The position numbers and the translations under genes were made by a program. Shown one piece after another: positions 15,903 to 28,510 of a stretch of 64,000 nt of DNA. Every line of letters begins with the position of its first letter. Positions within the stretch are counted from its first letter, which is position 1. Location: positions 30,008,001 through 30,072,000 of the forward strand of contig OZ024757.1 of assembly GCA_964016885.1 (NCBI GenBank), given 5' to 3'. Below the pieces are notes generated by a model. That model did not search any database. It saw only the letters and a program-made list of their open reading frames with translations, and was not told the DNA's origin. This DNA comes from Eledone cirrhosa. Taxonomy: Eukaryota.

Positions 15903-16331
15903 ATTTTTATATATATATATATTTATTTATATATATATATATTTATTTAATATATATATATATTTATTTATATATGTATATATTTATTTATATATATATA
16001 TATTTATTTATATATAGTCTATTATATATATATTTATATATATTTATATTATATATATACTATATATATATATTTATATATATTAAGATACCTATCCTGG
16101 CTAATACCATAGTTATCATGCGGGGCGAGAGAATTGCTAAGGTTATCTGTGTTGTCATATTCCCTAAAATTCTCATTACTAGGATGTTGTATACTAGTGA
16201 GCTTGTGGTTACTTATTGCTATGAGGTCGGCAATCTGAAATGTGAGTACGAAACGCAGAAAATTCAGCAATTACCCCAGTGCATTACTGGTGCTTTATTT
16301 TATCGACCCCCTAAAGATGAAGGGCAAAGTT

Positions 16332-16531
16332 NNNNNNNNNNNNNNNNNNNNNNNNNNNNNNNNNNNNNNNNNNNNNNNNNNNNNNNNNNNNNNNNNNNNN
16401 NNNNNNNNNNNNNNNNNNNNNNNNNNNNNNNNNNNNNNNNNNNNNNNNNNNNNNNNNNNNNNNNNNNNNNNNNNNNNNNNNNNNNNNNNNNNNNNNNNNN
16501 NNNNNNNNNNNNNNNNNNNNNNNNNNNNNNN
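16332..16531. other. Assembly gap (200 N)
   Basis: Run of N that truncates a SINE-A copy on its left. Confidence 1.
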
Positions 16532-16836
16532 ACCTTAATAAGATGAATATTTCCTCAGAAGAAGAGATATTAATCTCGAAATGTCAGAACATATGAATAA
16601 ATTAAGGTTAAAAATATCACTTAACTCTTTATCCGTCCAATCCGCATTGTAGTGGCTTTCAAACTTCGAATTCTTTATACTATGTACAATGTTTCAAGTA
16701 AACTACAAATTTCTTTATATATATATATATATGTGTGAATGAAGTAATTCCGTCGGAAAAGTCCAGGAAAAAAGAGTGCTCTATGTAAGCAACAGAGCTT
16801 AATTATTATTATGTAATAAACAACATAAGGCAATTA

Positions 16837-16895
16837 TTCCATTTACCAGTGGTTTCTTAAAGCAAAAGGTTTTGCTTTCAATCCTCAGAATGAAA
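16837..16895 (-). ncRNA. Type I hammerhead ribozyme (left arm of inverted pair)
   Basis: Reverse complement of 16982-17041, differing by one T in stem II. Confidence 0.78.
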
Positions 16896-16981
16896 AAATC
16901 CTGGTTTGTTTATTGAAATTGGATCTTCTTGGATCCAATTTCAATTTCAATAAACCAATTTCAATAAACAAACCAGGATTT

Positions 16982-17041
16982 TTTCATTCTGAGGATTGAA
17001 AGCAAAACCTTTTGCTTTTAAGAAACCACTGGTAAATGGAA
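16982..17041 (+). ncRNA. Type I hammerhead ribozyme (right arm of inverted pair)
   Basis: Stem I TTTCATT/AATGGAA; CTGAGGA 16989-95; stem II TTGAAAGCAAAA/TTTTGCTTTTAA; GAAA 17022-25; stem III ACC-ACT-GGT; GUA triplet ending at 17034. Confidence 0.82.
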
Positions 17042-17070
17042 TAATTGCCTTATGTTGTTTATTACATAAT

Positions 17071-17123
<53 letters not shown>

Positions 17124-17280
17124 GAAAAGAATGACTATTCGTAGATCTACCAAATCATAATAATATATAATTAAATCAAATTGCTTAGAACTAAAAGTGA
17201 AGTCGTTCTTTTCCTTTTTTTTAAATATAACTAAGTGTACCAAGGATTTCACACATTTTCCAATATATATATATATATCA

Positions 17281-17660
17281 TTGTTTGATGAAATAAAACG
17301 AAAGAAAGTCGATGTTTGATCAAATAAATCGAAAGAAAGTCGATGTTTGATGAAATAAAACGAAACTAAGTCGATGTTTGATGAAATGAAACGAAAAAAG
17401 TCAATGTTTGATGAAACAAACCGAAAGAAAGTCGATGTTTGATGAAATAAAACAGAAGAAAGTAGATGTTTGATGAAATAAAACGAAAGAAAGTCGATAT
17501 TTAATTAAATAAAACGAAAAGAATTCGATGTTTGATTAAATAAAACGAAAGAAAGTCGATGTTTGATGAAATAAAATGAAAGAAACTTGGTGTTTGATGA
17601 AATAAAATGAAAGAAAGTCGATGATTGAGGAAATAAAACGAAAGAAAGTCGATGTTTGAT
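17281..17660. repeat. 31-bp minisatellite (TGTTTGATGAAATAAAACGAAAGAAAGTCGA), ~12 units
   Basis: Tandem units visible directly. Confidence 0.92.
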
Positions 17661-17979
<319 letters not shown>

Positions 17980-18283
17980 GGTGTGTGTGTGCGTATGTAT
18001 ATATGTGCGTGTGTGTTTGCACGCTCCATCTTCTCTTCTGTAATGCTTATGTTTAATTTGGGGGATGGGGCACCAATGAGTTTAGGGTTATGTCTAGCGT
18101 TCTGTTTAGGGTGGGTCTTTAGGAATAGGTTTAAGGTTACGATTTAACATCAGTATTGAATTTTAAGATTTTTATTAGAATTTGTTTTAGGGTATATACA
18201 TTGTCCATTCTAATTATCAGAGGATCTCTGGAGGACATATTGATTTCCCTTGATAAGGTTTCAGTCGTTTTTTCCAATTCTTT

Positions 18284-19075
18284 TTGTGTGTCTGTGTGTC
18301 TGTGTCTATGTGTGTCTGTGTCTATATGTGTTTGTGTCTATGTGTATGTGTGTGCTTGTGTCTATGTGTGTCTGTGTCTATGTGTGTATGTTTCTATGTG
18401 TGTCTGTGTCTATGTGTGTATGTTTCTATGTGTATGTGTCTATGTGTTATGTGTATGTGTCTATGTGCGTCTGTGTCTATGTGTGTCTGTGTGTTTTGTG
18501 TGTCTATGTGTGTATGTGTCTATGTGTGTATGTGTCTATGTGTGTATGTGTCTATGTGTGTTTGTGTCTATGTGTGTTTGTGTCTATGTGTGTCTGTGTC
18601 TATGTGTGTTTGTGTCTATGTGTGTCTGTGTCTATGTGTGTTTGTGTCTATGTGTGTTTGTGTCTATGTGTGTTTGTGTCTATGTGTGTTTGTGTCTATG
18701 TGTGTCTGTGTCTATGTGTGTTTGTGTCTATGTGTGTCTGTGTGCTTCATGTCTATGGGTCTCTGTGTCTATGTGTGTATGTTTCTATGTGTATGTGTGT
18801 GCTTGTGTCTATGTGTGTATGTTTCTATGTGTATGTGTCTATGTGTATGTGTCTGTGTGTATATCTATGTGTGTCTGTGTCTATGTGTGTCTGTATCTAT
18901 GTGTGTCTGGGTCTATGTGTGTCTGGGTCTATCTGTGTCTGTGTCTATGTGTGCTTGTGTCTATGTGTGTCTGTGTCTATGTGTGTCTGTGTCTGTGTCT
19001 ATGTGTCTCTGTGTCTATGTGTGTATGTGTCTATGTGTGTCTGTGTAGGAGTATCTGTGTTTGTCTCTATGTATG
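18284..19075. repeat. GT-derived ~18-bp satellite (GTGTCTATGTGTGT(C/T/A)TGT)
   Basis: Tandem units visible directly. Confidence 0.9.
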
Positions 19076-19165
19076 TGTGAGTGCAGCAGTTTATGCCAAA
19101 AAGTGGGTAATTCGTAGAAATTATGTCTATCAAAATTATTGTTTTCTCAGACATGTAATACATGC

Positions 19166-19274
<109 letters not shown>

Positions 19275-19587
19275 ATGTGTGTGTACATAATCAATGAAAA
19301 AAAGAGTTAGTTGATTTGTAATCACCTAATTCTTATATATAACAGATGCCAAGCATAAAATAAAGTACCAGTAATGTACTGGTAAATTGCTGGCCTTGTG
19401 CCAAAAGTAGAAACAATTATGATAATATTAGTAATAAACGAGAGATATAACAGGACATGTTTTGCTTTATATTATACATAAAACTTTACATCTTCGAAAT
19501 ATATATAATAAAATAGATAGAGATGATATAAAGTATATATCTTTCGTTCATTACTATTATTATAATCATTATTATTATATATATATA

Positions 19588-19667
<80 letters not shown>

Positions 19668-19977
19668 GAAAATATAGTTTTCCGTTTATAAGGTTTTCAA
19701 TATTTTGTTATATATATATATATATATATATATTCTGTTTGTATAATTATTGAGTTGCTTTTGAGGGACATCTGTAACAGACATTCCCGTATAAACGTGA
19801 ATTATCTATTGCGTTCCATTTATTTATTGCAACATCACGTAAGACACGCCGTGATTCATTAGCTGGCATATCCCCATAAATCATTATTGAAGTATAGTGA
19901 GTCGAATTTATTGACCCTTTAATTAAACTACTCTTCTTGAGGATTTCTAGATAAAGTAGATATTCTGGTCATTATGC

Positions 19978-20180
19978 AAGAGGTAGCAAAACCAAACAGA
20001 ATTCTGTGAAGGAGCGCTTGTAAGGAAAACGAGAATGGAGAAGGAAAAAAAAGGAAACTAAACGAATTCCAATAAAGTCTGTTAAGACTCCAAAACATAA
20101 TCAGATTCTTCGTCGTGTCAAAATAACGGTGAAGTGGTTAGAAGATAAATTCAGCCTTATTTAGATACATTCTTAAGTTA
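19978..20180 (+). mobile_element. Decayed RTE-like LINE coding fragment (second copy 28075-28224)
   Basis: About 145 nt shared by the two loci. Frameshifted translation resembles the LLYG.E.W...RKLNEFQ..LLR...IRFF.VS region after the RT domain. Confidence 0.5.
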
Positions 20181-20623
20181 AACATTCTCTCTCTCTCGGT
20201 AATTATTCTGTCAGATTCTCTGCAAGGTGAGCAAATGGAGAACGTCATGCATGATATATGAGAAGCATGTCGAATATCTATGAAGTTTAATGTCTCAGGT
20301 TGTCTTTAAATTTTACTGATGACTCTTCTAACCTGTTCGCTTTGCTGTGTCAAATGTTTCTATTGATTAAACAGTAGGTTTGCTATTGATACAAACCACA
20401 ATGCCACCCCTACAGACCGATGAATCCAAATGCGTGTCTAAAAGTGAACAAACAGTTCGTGTTCTGACAGTGGCAGTAAGCTACGATCAGTCATTATCCA
20501 GAAAACTTTACCCTCATTATCCCTTCTTCGTTGTCAGCACCTCTTAATCCATTGGTATATTAAAGCTTAGATGCAAATCAACGCATTAGAAAAGTGGCGT
20601 CACTATCCAATTTATGAAAGCTT

Positions 20624-20655
<32 letters not shown>

Positions 20656-20664
20656 CGTGTGCGT

Positions 20665-20697
<33 letters not shown>

Positions 20698-20922
20698 CAC
20701 TATTATATATAAACTCACACAAAAACACACACATATGGTTTGGCAGTATCGGTAGAGCGTCAGACACCATGCCTTTCAACCTTACGAGGTCGATAAAATA
20801 AAGTACTAGTGATGCACTGAGGTATTCGCTGGGCTTGTTTCAAAAGTAGAAACTATATATATATATATATATATACATTAATGTGAGGTGGATGTATGTA
20901 ACTGTATACATTTAATAACAAT

Positions 20923-20988
<66 letters not shown>

Positions 20989-21036
20989 GTGTGTGGGGGG
21001 GGGGGGTATTAAAGAGTAGATATTTAACAATAATTG

Positions 21037-21073
<37 letters not shown>

Positions 21074-21409
21074 TATTCATGTGTGTGGTGTGGCGGGGAT
21101 GTAGGAAAGTCTAGATATTTAATAACAATTGATATATAACTAATTCATATAACAGTTAAACATAATACTGCATTAATCATTAATTTCGAACAAGAATTCA
21201 ATTACAATATTCCGATGTAAAAAGCTATTCAGTCATGTAAAATTATTCTCAAAAATCTATAATGTTCTCTATCTCCTTAATACAATAGTCTTGTGACACA
21301 TCGTTATATCAAATTGAGGAATGGATGCCCGGTAGTTTTACTATATAACTAGATAAAGATATATTGGCAATCATTAGCTAACAATATAAGTGCATGCATA
21401 TATAGTTAT

Positions 21410-21450
<41 letters not shown>

Positions 21451-21604
21451 CTATATGTATATACATAAGTGTAGACATATAAGTGTATATATAGGTGTGT
21501 ATATATATATATACACACACACCTATATGTATATACATAAGTATATTATATATATATATGTATGCATATATATATATACAGCTATATGTATATATATAAG
21601 TATA

Positions 21605-21678
<74 letters not shown>

Positions 21679-21734
21679 GTGTGTGTGTGTATATATATAT
21701 ATACACCTATATGTATATATATAAGATATATAAG

Positions 21735-21772
<38 letters not shown>

Positions 21773-21996
21773 GGACATATATGTATACATATATTATATA
21801 TATATATGTGTATACATATAGGTATATTATATATATATATGTATACATATAGGTATATTATATATATATCTATATATGTATACATATATACATACATTTA
21901 CATACACATATATAGAGTTATGTAACTATATATAGATAAAGGCAAAATTTATTTAGTTTTTATATACATATAAATGCTGGCACATACACACATGCA

Positions 21997-22042
<46 letters not shown>

Positions 22043-22066
22043 CTTATATATATACATACTTATATA

Positions 22067-22135
<69 letters not shown>

Positions 22136-22571
22136 TCTTCATTAGGTGAGTAGTTTACCGAGTTAATTATGTTTCGATACTAAGGAAATCTAATCACACC
22201 ATATTGAGATCGTATTCTCTTACAATCGATGGAGAAACAACTCTATAACTTACTCAACTAATAATAAAGAATATAACACACTAATTCTTCCCGTATTGAT
22301 TATTTTATGTTGTATCTCTAAGCCTGTATCTTGCGAACACATAGAAATATATGTGAGTGCGCGTCTGTGTCTGTGCGTGTGATTGTGCGTTTTTCTCTCT
22401 ATGTGTGCGTGAATTAACAGAGTCGTTAGAACGTTAAATATAATTCTTTGCGATATTCCTGTCTGTTTTCTCAGCTCAAATCCTGCCGAAGCCAACAAAT
22501 TTCGTCCTTCCAAAGCCGATATAAAAACGTACCAGTCCAGTACTAGACATTATTATATGTATATATATATA

Positions 22572-22750
22572 ACATACAGAAACAAGATGGTTTGAGACAG
22601 AACAAAATAAAAACCCAGTCACTCAGGAGGTCACAGAATATGTGGCGAAAGAGCTTTGACAATATATAAACAACCTTCCGGTTATCGAACCAGCCAGCCG
22701 ACCGGAAATTTATAATAAATTGAAGTGAAAACTAACAGGTGCGTGTTTTC
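22572..22750 (+). mobile_element. Solo PLE pseudo-LTR with mutated hammerhead (CTCAGGA)
   Basis: Colinear with 5825-6060: CCCAGTCACTCAGGAGGTCACAGAATATGTGGCGAAAGAGCTTTGAC...AATAAATTGAAGTGAAA...GGTGCGTGT. Abuts a TA run. Confidence 0.8.
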
Positions 22751-22821
22751 AAAATATCGTTGTAGGTAATCCAGTTAGAGGTTGTGAATATTTCTTATTA
22801 TGGATAGCTATTATTATGACA

Positions 22822-23012
22822 GGGCGGTGAATTGGAAGTATCGGTAGAGAGTCGGACGCCATGCTTTGACGCATAGAGTTACGGCCCTTGCCATTCTGAG
22901 TTCAAATCCCGCCGAGGTTAACTTTGCCTTTCATCCTTACGGGGTCGATAAAATAAAGTACCAGTAATGCACTGAGTAATTGCTGGCCTTGTGCCAAGAG
23001 TAGAAACAATTA
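22822..23012 (+). mobile_element. SINE family A, full length
   Basis: Same consensus; direct repeat ATTATTATGA(C/T)AG at 22810 and 23009. Confidence 0.9.
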
Positions 23013-23180
23013 TTATGATAGTCTCTGATGATCTGATCGAGCTAGCATCGTATTTGAAATTGAGTGGCACTGCTTCTAGAGTTCAGCAATTTTTAGACAA
23101 CTTAATCAGAGAAACAATTGTTAGGCTGTAAATAAATTCCCCTTTTTTGTACTGTTGACCATGTTATTCTTCACCTTTTC

Positions 23181-23235
<55 letters not shown>

Positions 23236-23844
23236 CATACACACAATATTATTTGAAGCGTTGGATTTGCAATATGGGGTATGGGGTAGCCACTGGGGTT
23301 GATTTAAACGATTTCCCCTTCATTTCAAATTTCTGGCCTTGCGCCAAATGTAGAAACAGTTATTACTAGAAGGTCATGTGACAAACGGGATAAAATAGCG
23401 GACTTAATAACTTAGGCCATTTAATTATATATCCTTATATTCAGAGTTGAAATTCTACGGGAGGTTTAGTAATTATAGTTATTAAAATTATCACTTAATC
23501 ATTATCATTATTATTATCTCCCTGTCGTCGTACAGAATATACACTATTTTGTAAACACACACGGTAACAGTATTTGGCAATGTGACAGAAATAATGGGAA
23601 ATTTATCATCTAAATTTACCTGAACAAATCTGGTAATTAAACCTAATGAACGTGATGGTATCACATTTGTAGCTAACCTCTCTATCTATTTTCTCTGATA
23701 CACACTATATATATACATATATATATATATATACACGCATATATATATATATATATATATATATACACCTATGTGCATACGCATACATATATAAATATGC
23801 CTATATACACACGTATACATATATAAATATGCCTATATACACAC

Positions 23845-23849
<5 letters not shown>

Positions 23850-23884
<35 letters not shown>

Positions 23885-24213
23885 TATATATACATATATA
23901 TATACAGTATATATACATATATATATACAGTATATATACATATATGCCTATATACACACGTATATATATATATACAGTATATATACATATATATATACAG
24001 TATATATATATATATATACAGTATATATATATATATATACAGTATATATACATATATATACACAGTATATATACATACATATATATATATATATATAGAT
24101 ATATATATATATATATATAATATATATACATATATATATACAGTATATATACATATATATATACAGTATATATATATATATACAGTATATATACATATAT
24201 ATACACAGTATAT

Positions 24214-24252
<39 letters not shown>

Positions 24253-24441
24253 ATATATACATATATATATACAGTATATATACATATATATATACAGTAT
24301 ATATATATATATATACAGTATATATACATATATATACACAGTATATATACATATATATACACAGTATATATACATATATATATATATATATACAGTATAT
24401 ATACATATATATATACAGTATATATACATATATATATACAG

Positions 24442-24476
<35 letters not shown>

Positions 24477-24630
24477 AGTATATATGCATATATATATACA
24501 TATATATATACAGTATATATACATACATATATATATATTCAGTATATATACATATATATATACAGTATATATACAGTATATATACATATATATATATACA
24601 GTATATATACAGTATATATACATATATATA
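23850..24630. repeat. TA-derived satellite with CAGTATATATACATA units
   Basis: Resumes at 25260-25490 beyond the inserted retroposon, where it changes strand. Confidence 0.85.
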
Positions 24631-24637
24631 TATATAT

Positions 24638-25246
24638 GTCAGGTCACCAGTTGGTGCTACTGGTAACATGTATCCCAGTACAACCTGTCTCATGGTCGGG
24701 TCGTTGGCGACTAAACTGGCAACCCTACCAAGGTTTCTTGGTGAGGAGGGTGACTTTGGACATCCTGCAGGACTAAAAACAAAACCTGTCAAAGGGCAAG
24801 GGAGCTCTTAAGACTCAATAGCCATCCAAAATCACCGGGAGAGATGACCCCTTAGCCTTTGTCAAGGCAGAATTCTAGGAGAAGGAAAACTCTGATATAA
24901 CACCTGCAACCCTGATGGTATCCAATGATGTTGACTTGTTCTTCTTTTTGGTAAATATCATCTTGGTTAAGAGAGTGGGACTGGCTTTGTGCAGTGCCTT
25001 TGCTCACTATAAAAGCTTCACAGCACAGGCATTGCTTTATATCTGGAGATCTCTCTGCACTTGTCATCACATGGTACCATGGGCCCTGCACTATGTGTCA
25101 ATAATGGTCACAAGTGTAGTCTTTGTACCAGAGTTTTCAAGTCGCTGGCTGGACTAAAAAGTCACATTCGTTCAGCGCATCGGTAGGGGTTCTCCTACAT
25201 GGATATAAAGTAGTGGCCGTACTCGAAAACGAGTTGGCAGCCACCA
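24638..25246 (+). mobile_element. ~609-bp non-autonomous RTE-derived retroposon, full-length copy
   Basis: Near-identical to 26819-27427. The 3' part encodes the C2H2 motif [25 protein letters not shown] (stop 25184-86), followed by a CTCGAAAACGAG stem-loop and a microsatellite tail. Confidence 0.8.
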
Positions 25247-25385
25247 TATATATATATATATATTCAGTATATATACATATATATATATATACAGTATATA
25301 TACATATATATATATATATACAGTATATATACATATATATATATATACTGTATATATACACATATATATACTGTATATATACACA

Positions 25386-25432
<47 letters not shown>

Positions 25433-25527
25433 CTGTATATATACACATATATATACTGTATATATACACATATATATACTGTATTTATACACATATATAT
25501 ATATATATATATGTATGTATATGTATA

Positions 25528-25565
<38 letters not shown>

Positions 25566-25667
25566 TGTGTGTATCGAGGAGAGGCATTGTGTAGTGTTTC
25601 CAGTCTAGCGAACTCTAGAAATAAGTCTTATGACAATATGACAGAATGGTTGTTGAACAATGTTATT

Positions 25668-25990
25668 TTTTTGTTGAAAGATGGGTGAGAGAAGCAAGAA
25701 TGGCCCGAGTGAATGGGCCTACTCTGAGTATGTGTCTGTAAATTAAAGGTGGAAAACTGGGAGAGGGCACTTGCCCTGGTGGTCAGGGTCACTGTGGCCT
25801 TTTAATGGGCTTTCTCCACAAATGTCCCTCCGAAGTCTCCCCCCTATTGGGGAATTTTTCGTTGTTATTTTTTTGTTACATCCTCTGTTTTTGTTTTTTA
25901 CATGCAGAAATGCCCATTTGTACCGTCCTGAATTGTCCTGTACTGTCCTTAATGTCTACTTTATGTAAACCCTTGTGGTTAATAAAGAAA

Positions 25991-26030
<40 letters not shown>
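25668..26030 (+). mobile_element. Probable 3' end of a Tx1/L1-like LINE
   Basis: Terminal frame [24 protein letters not shown]-rich UTR, AATAAA at 25981 and an (ATT)n tail. Confidence 0.5.
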
Positions 26031-26032
<2 letters not shown>

Positions 26033-26129
26033 TCCGTCTATTCACAAGACATCGGTATATGACAAAACCGTCAAATATTATTAGAAAATAAGTAAAATTC
26101 GAAAATGCGTCTACTAAACATCGTTATTG

Positions 26130-26160
<31 letters not shown>

Positions 26161-26525
26161 CTACACGCACTAGCTCACATACATACTACACACATATACA
26201 TACATACTAAACACATATACATACATAATACACACCTACAACACACACATATACCTATACACACGCATACAGACCATATACTCACCTAGATACCCACATA
26301 CATACACATCTACATACATCCATACACACTACACACATACGTACCACACACACACACACATATATATCTATATATACACATATATACAAGTGCATACATA
26401 CTGCACACATATACATACATGCTACACACCAACTACGCGCACACACATATATATATACATACACATATACCCATACACTCATACATATTACATACTCAAC
26501 TCAGCTAGATACACACTTACATAGT

Positions 26526-26700
26526 TGTTTCTACTTTTGGCACAAGGCCAGCAATTACCCAGTGTATTACTGGTACTTTATTTTATCGACCCCGTAAGGA
26601 TGAAAGGCAAAGTTAACCTCGGCGGGATTTGAACTCAGAATGGCAAGGGCCGTAACTATGCGTCAAAGCATGGCGCCCGACCCTCTACCGATACTGCCAA
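26526..26700 (-). mobile_element. SINE family A
   Basis: Reverse complement of the family consensus. Confidence 0.9.
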
Positions 26701-26818
26701 AATACACACTACACACATACATACCACACATATATACACACACATATACCCATACACACAAACATACACACACACACACTCACACACACACACACACACA
26801 CACACATACATACATACA

Positions 26819-27427
26819 TGGTGACTACCAACTCATTTTCGAGTACGGCCACTACTTTATATACATGTAGGAGAATCCCTACCGATGCGCTGAACAAGTG
26901 TGACTTTTTAGTCCAGCCAGCGACTTGAAAACTCTGGTACAAACACTACACTTGTGACAATTATTGACACATAGTGCTGGGCCCATGGTACCATGTGATG
27001 ACAAGTGCAGAGAGATCTCCAGATATAAAGCAATGCCTGTGCCGTGAAGCTTTTATAGTTAGCAAAGGCACTGCACAAATCCAGTCCCACTCTCTTAACC
27101 AAGATGATATTTACCAAAAAGAAGAACAAGTCAACATCATTGGATACCATCAGGGTTGCAGGTGTTATATCAGAGTTTTCCTTCTCCTAGAATTTTGCCT
27201 TGACAAAGGCTAAGAGGTCATCTCTCCCGGTGATTTTGGATGGCCATTGACTCTTAAGAGCTCCTTTGCCCTTTGACAGGTTTTGTTTTTAGTCCTGCAG
27301 GATGTCCAAAGTCACCCTCCTCACCAAGAAACCTTGGTGGGGTTGCCAGTTTAGTCGCCAACGACCCGACTATGGGACAGGTTGTTCTGGGATACATGTT
27401 ACCAGTAGCACCAACTGGTGACCTGAC
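26819..27427 (-). mobile_element. ~609-bp RTE-derived retroposon, full-length inverted copy
   Basis: Reverse complement of 24638-25246 with scattered substitutions. Same termini; flanked by (TACA)n. Confidence 0.8.
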
Positions 27428-27797
27428 ATACATACATACATACATACATACATACATACATACATACATACATACATACATACATACATACATACATACA
27501 TACATACATGTACCTCTTTGTTTGGTTGCTGCACAACCACGCCTCTTCGTTCGTTGAATTTTGGAAAAATGTCTGCAGACGATACTTTAAATCTTTTACT
27601 TGCTTCATTCACTAGACTACTGCTGCCATGCTGGGGCACTGTCTTGACTTAGTCCACTGTATCGACCTCAGTACTTATTTTATAGGTCTTTTATATGTCG
27701 AAGCGCTAGGTTGTGTGACATAAGCACACAGACACATAGATGCAGCCATGAACGCACTCACACATACACATACATATATGTGTGTGTATGAACGCGC

Positions 27798-27930
<133 letters not shown>

Positions 27931-28040
27931 CGCGCACATTTGGCTTCTACTGTTTCTGCAACCAATAATTTCTACTCGGAAGCTATAGACTCCAGTCCAA
28001 TACAGGAGTCTATTCTTCAACTATTTTCTCTCTCTCTCTC

Positions 28041-28074
<34 letters not shown>

Positions 28075-28076
<2 letters not shown>

Positions 28077-28224
28077 AAAGCTACCAAAACCAAACTGAAT
28101 TCTGAATTCTGTGAAGGAACGCTTGTAAGGAGAACAAGAAAGGAGAAGAAAAAAAAGGAAACTAAACGAATTCCAATAAAGTCTGTTAAGATTCCAAAAC
28201 ATAATCAGATTCTTCGCCGTGTCA
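28075..28224 (+). repeat. Copy of 19978-20122 inserted between (TA)n runs
   Basis: Direct sequence match (GAATTCTGTGAAGGA...AAACGAATTCCAATAAAGTCTGTTAAGA.TCCAAAACATAATCAGATTCTTCG). Confidence 0.8.
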
Positions 28225-28314
28225 ATATATATATATATATATCGCTATCTAACTCTCTAGTGTCTTGGCCATTTAAACTTAGTGTAGCCTAACCCTCTTC
28301 AAACTTAAACCTAG

Positions 28315-28510
28315 CATTAACCCTAATATTAACACAAACTGAGGTAACGTTAACCCAAATATTAATACAAAACTGAGGTAACGTTAACCCAAATATTAAT
28401 ACAAAACCACCGGGGTAACGTTAACCGTAATATTAACACAAAACTGCGGTAACGTTAACCCTAATATTAACACAAAACTGAGGTAACGTTAACCCTAATA
28501 TTAACACGAA
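28315..28510. repeat. ~34-bp minisatellite (TAACCCTAATATTAACACAAAACTGAGGTAACGT)
   Basis: Five to six tandem units. Confidence 0.88.

Noticed and set aside
24915-25157. Recurrent 80-aa ORF MVSNDVDLFFFLVN... (three copies)
   Set aside because: Recurrence reflects the repeat family; the meaningful frame is the C2H2 remnant.
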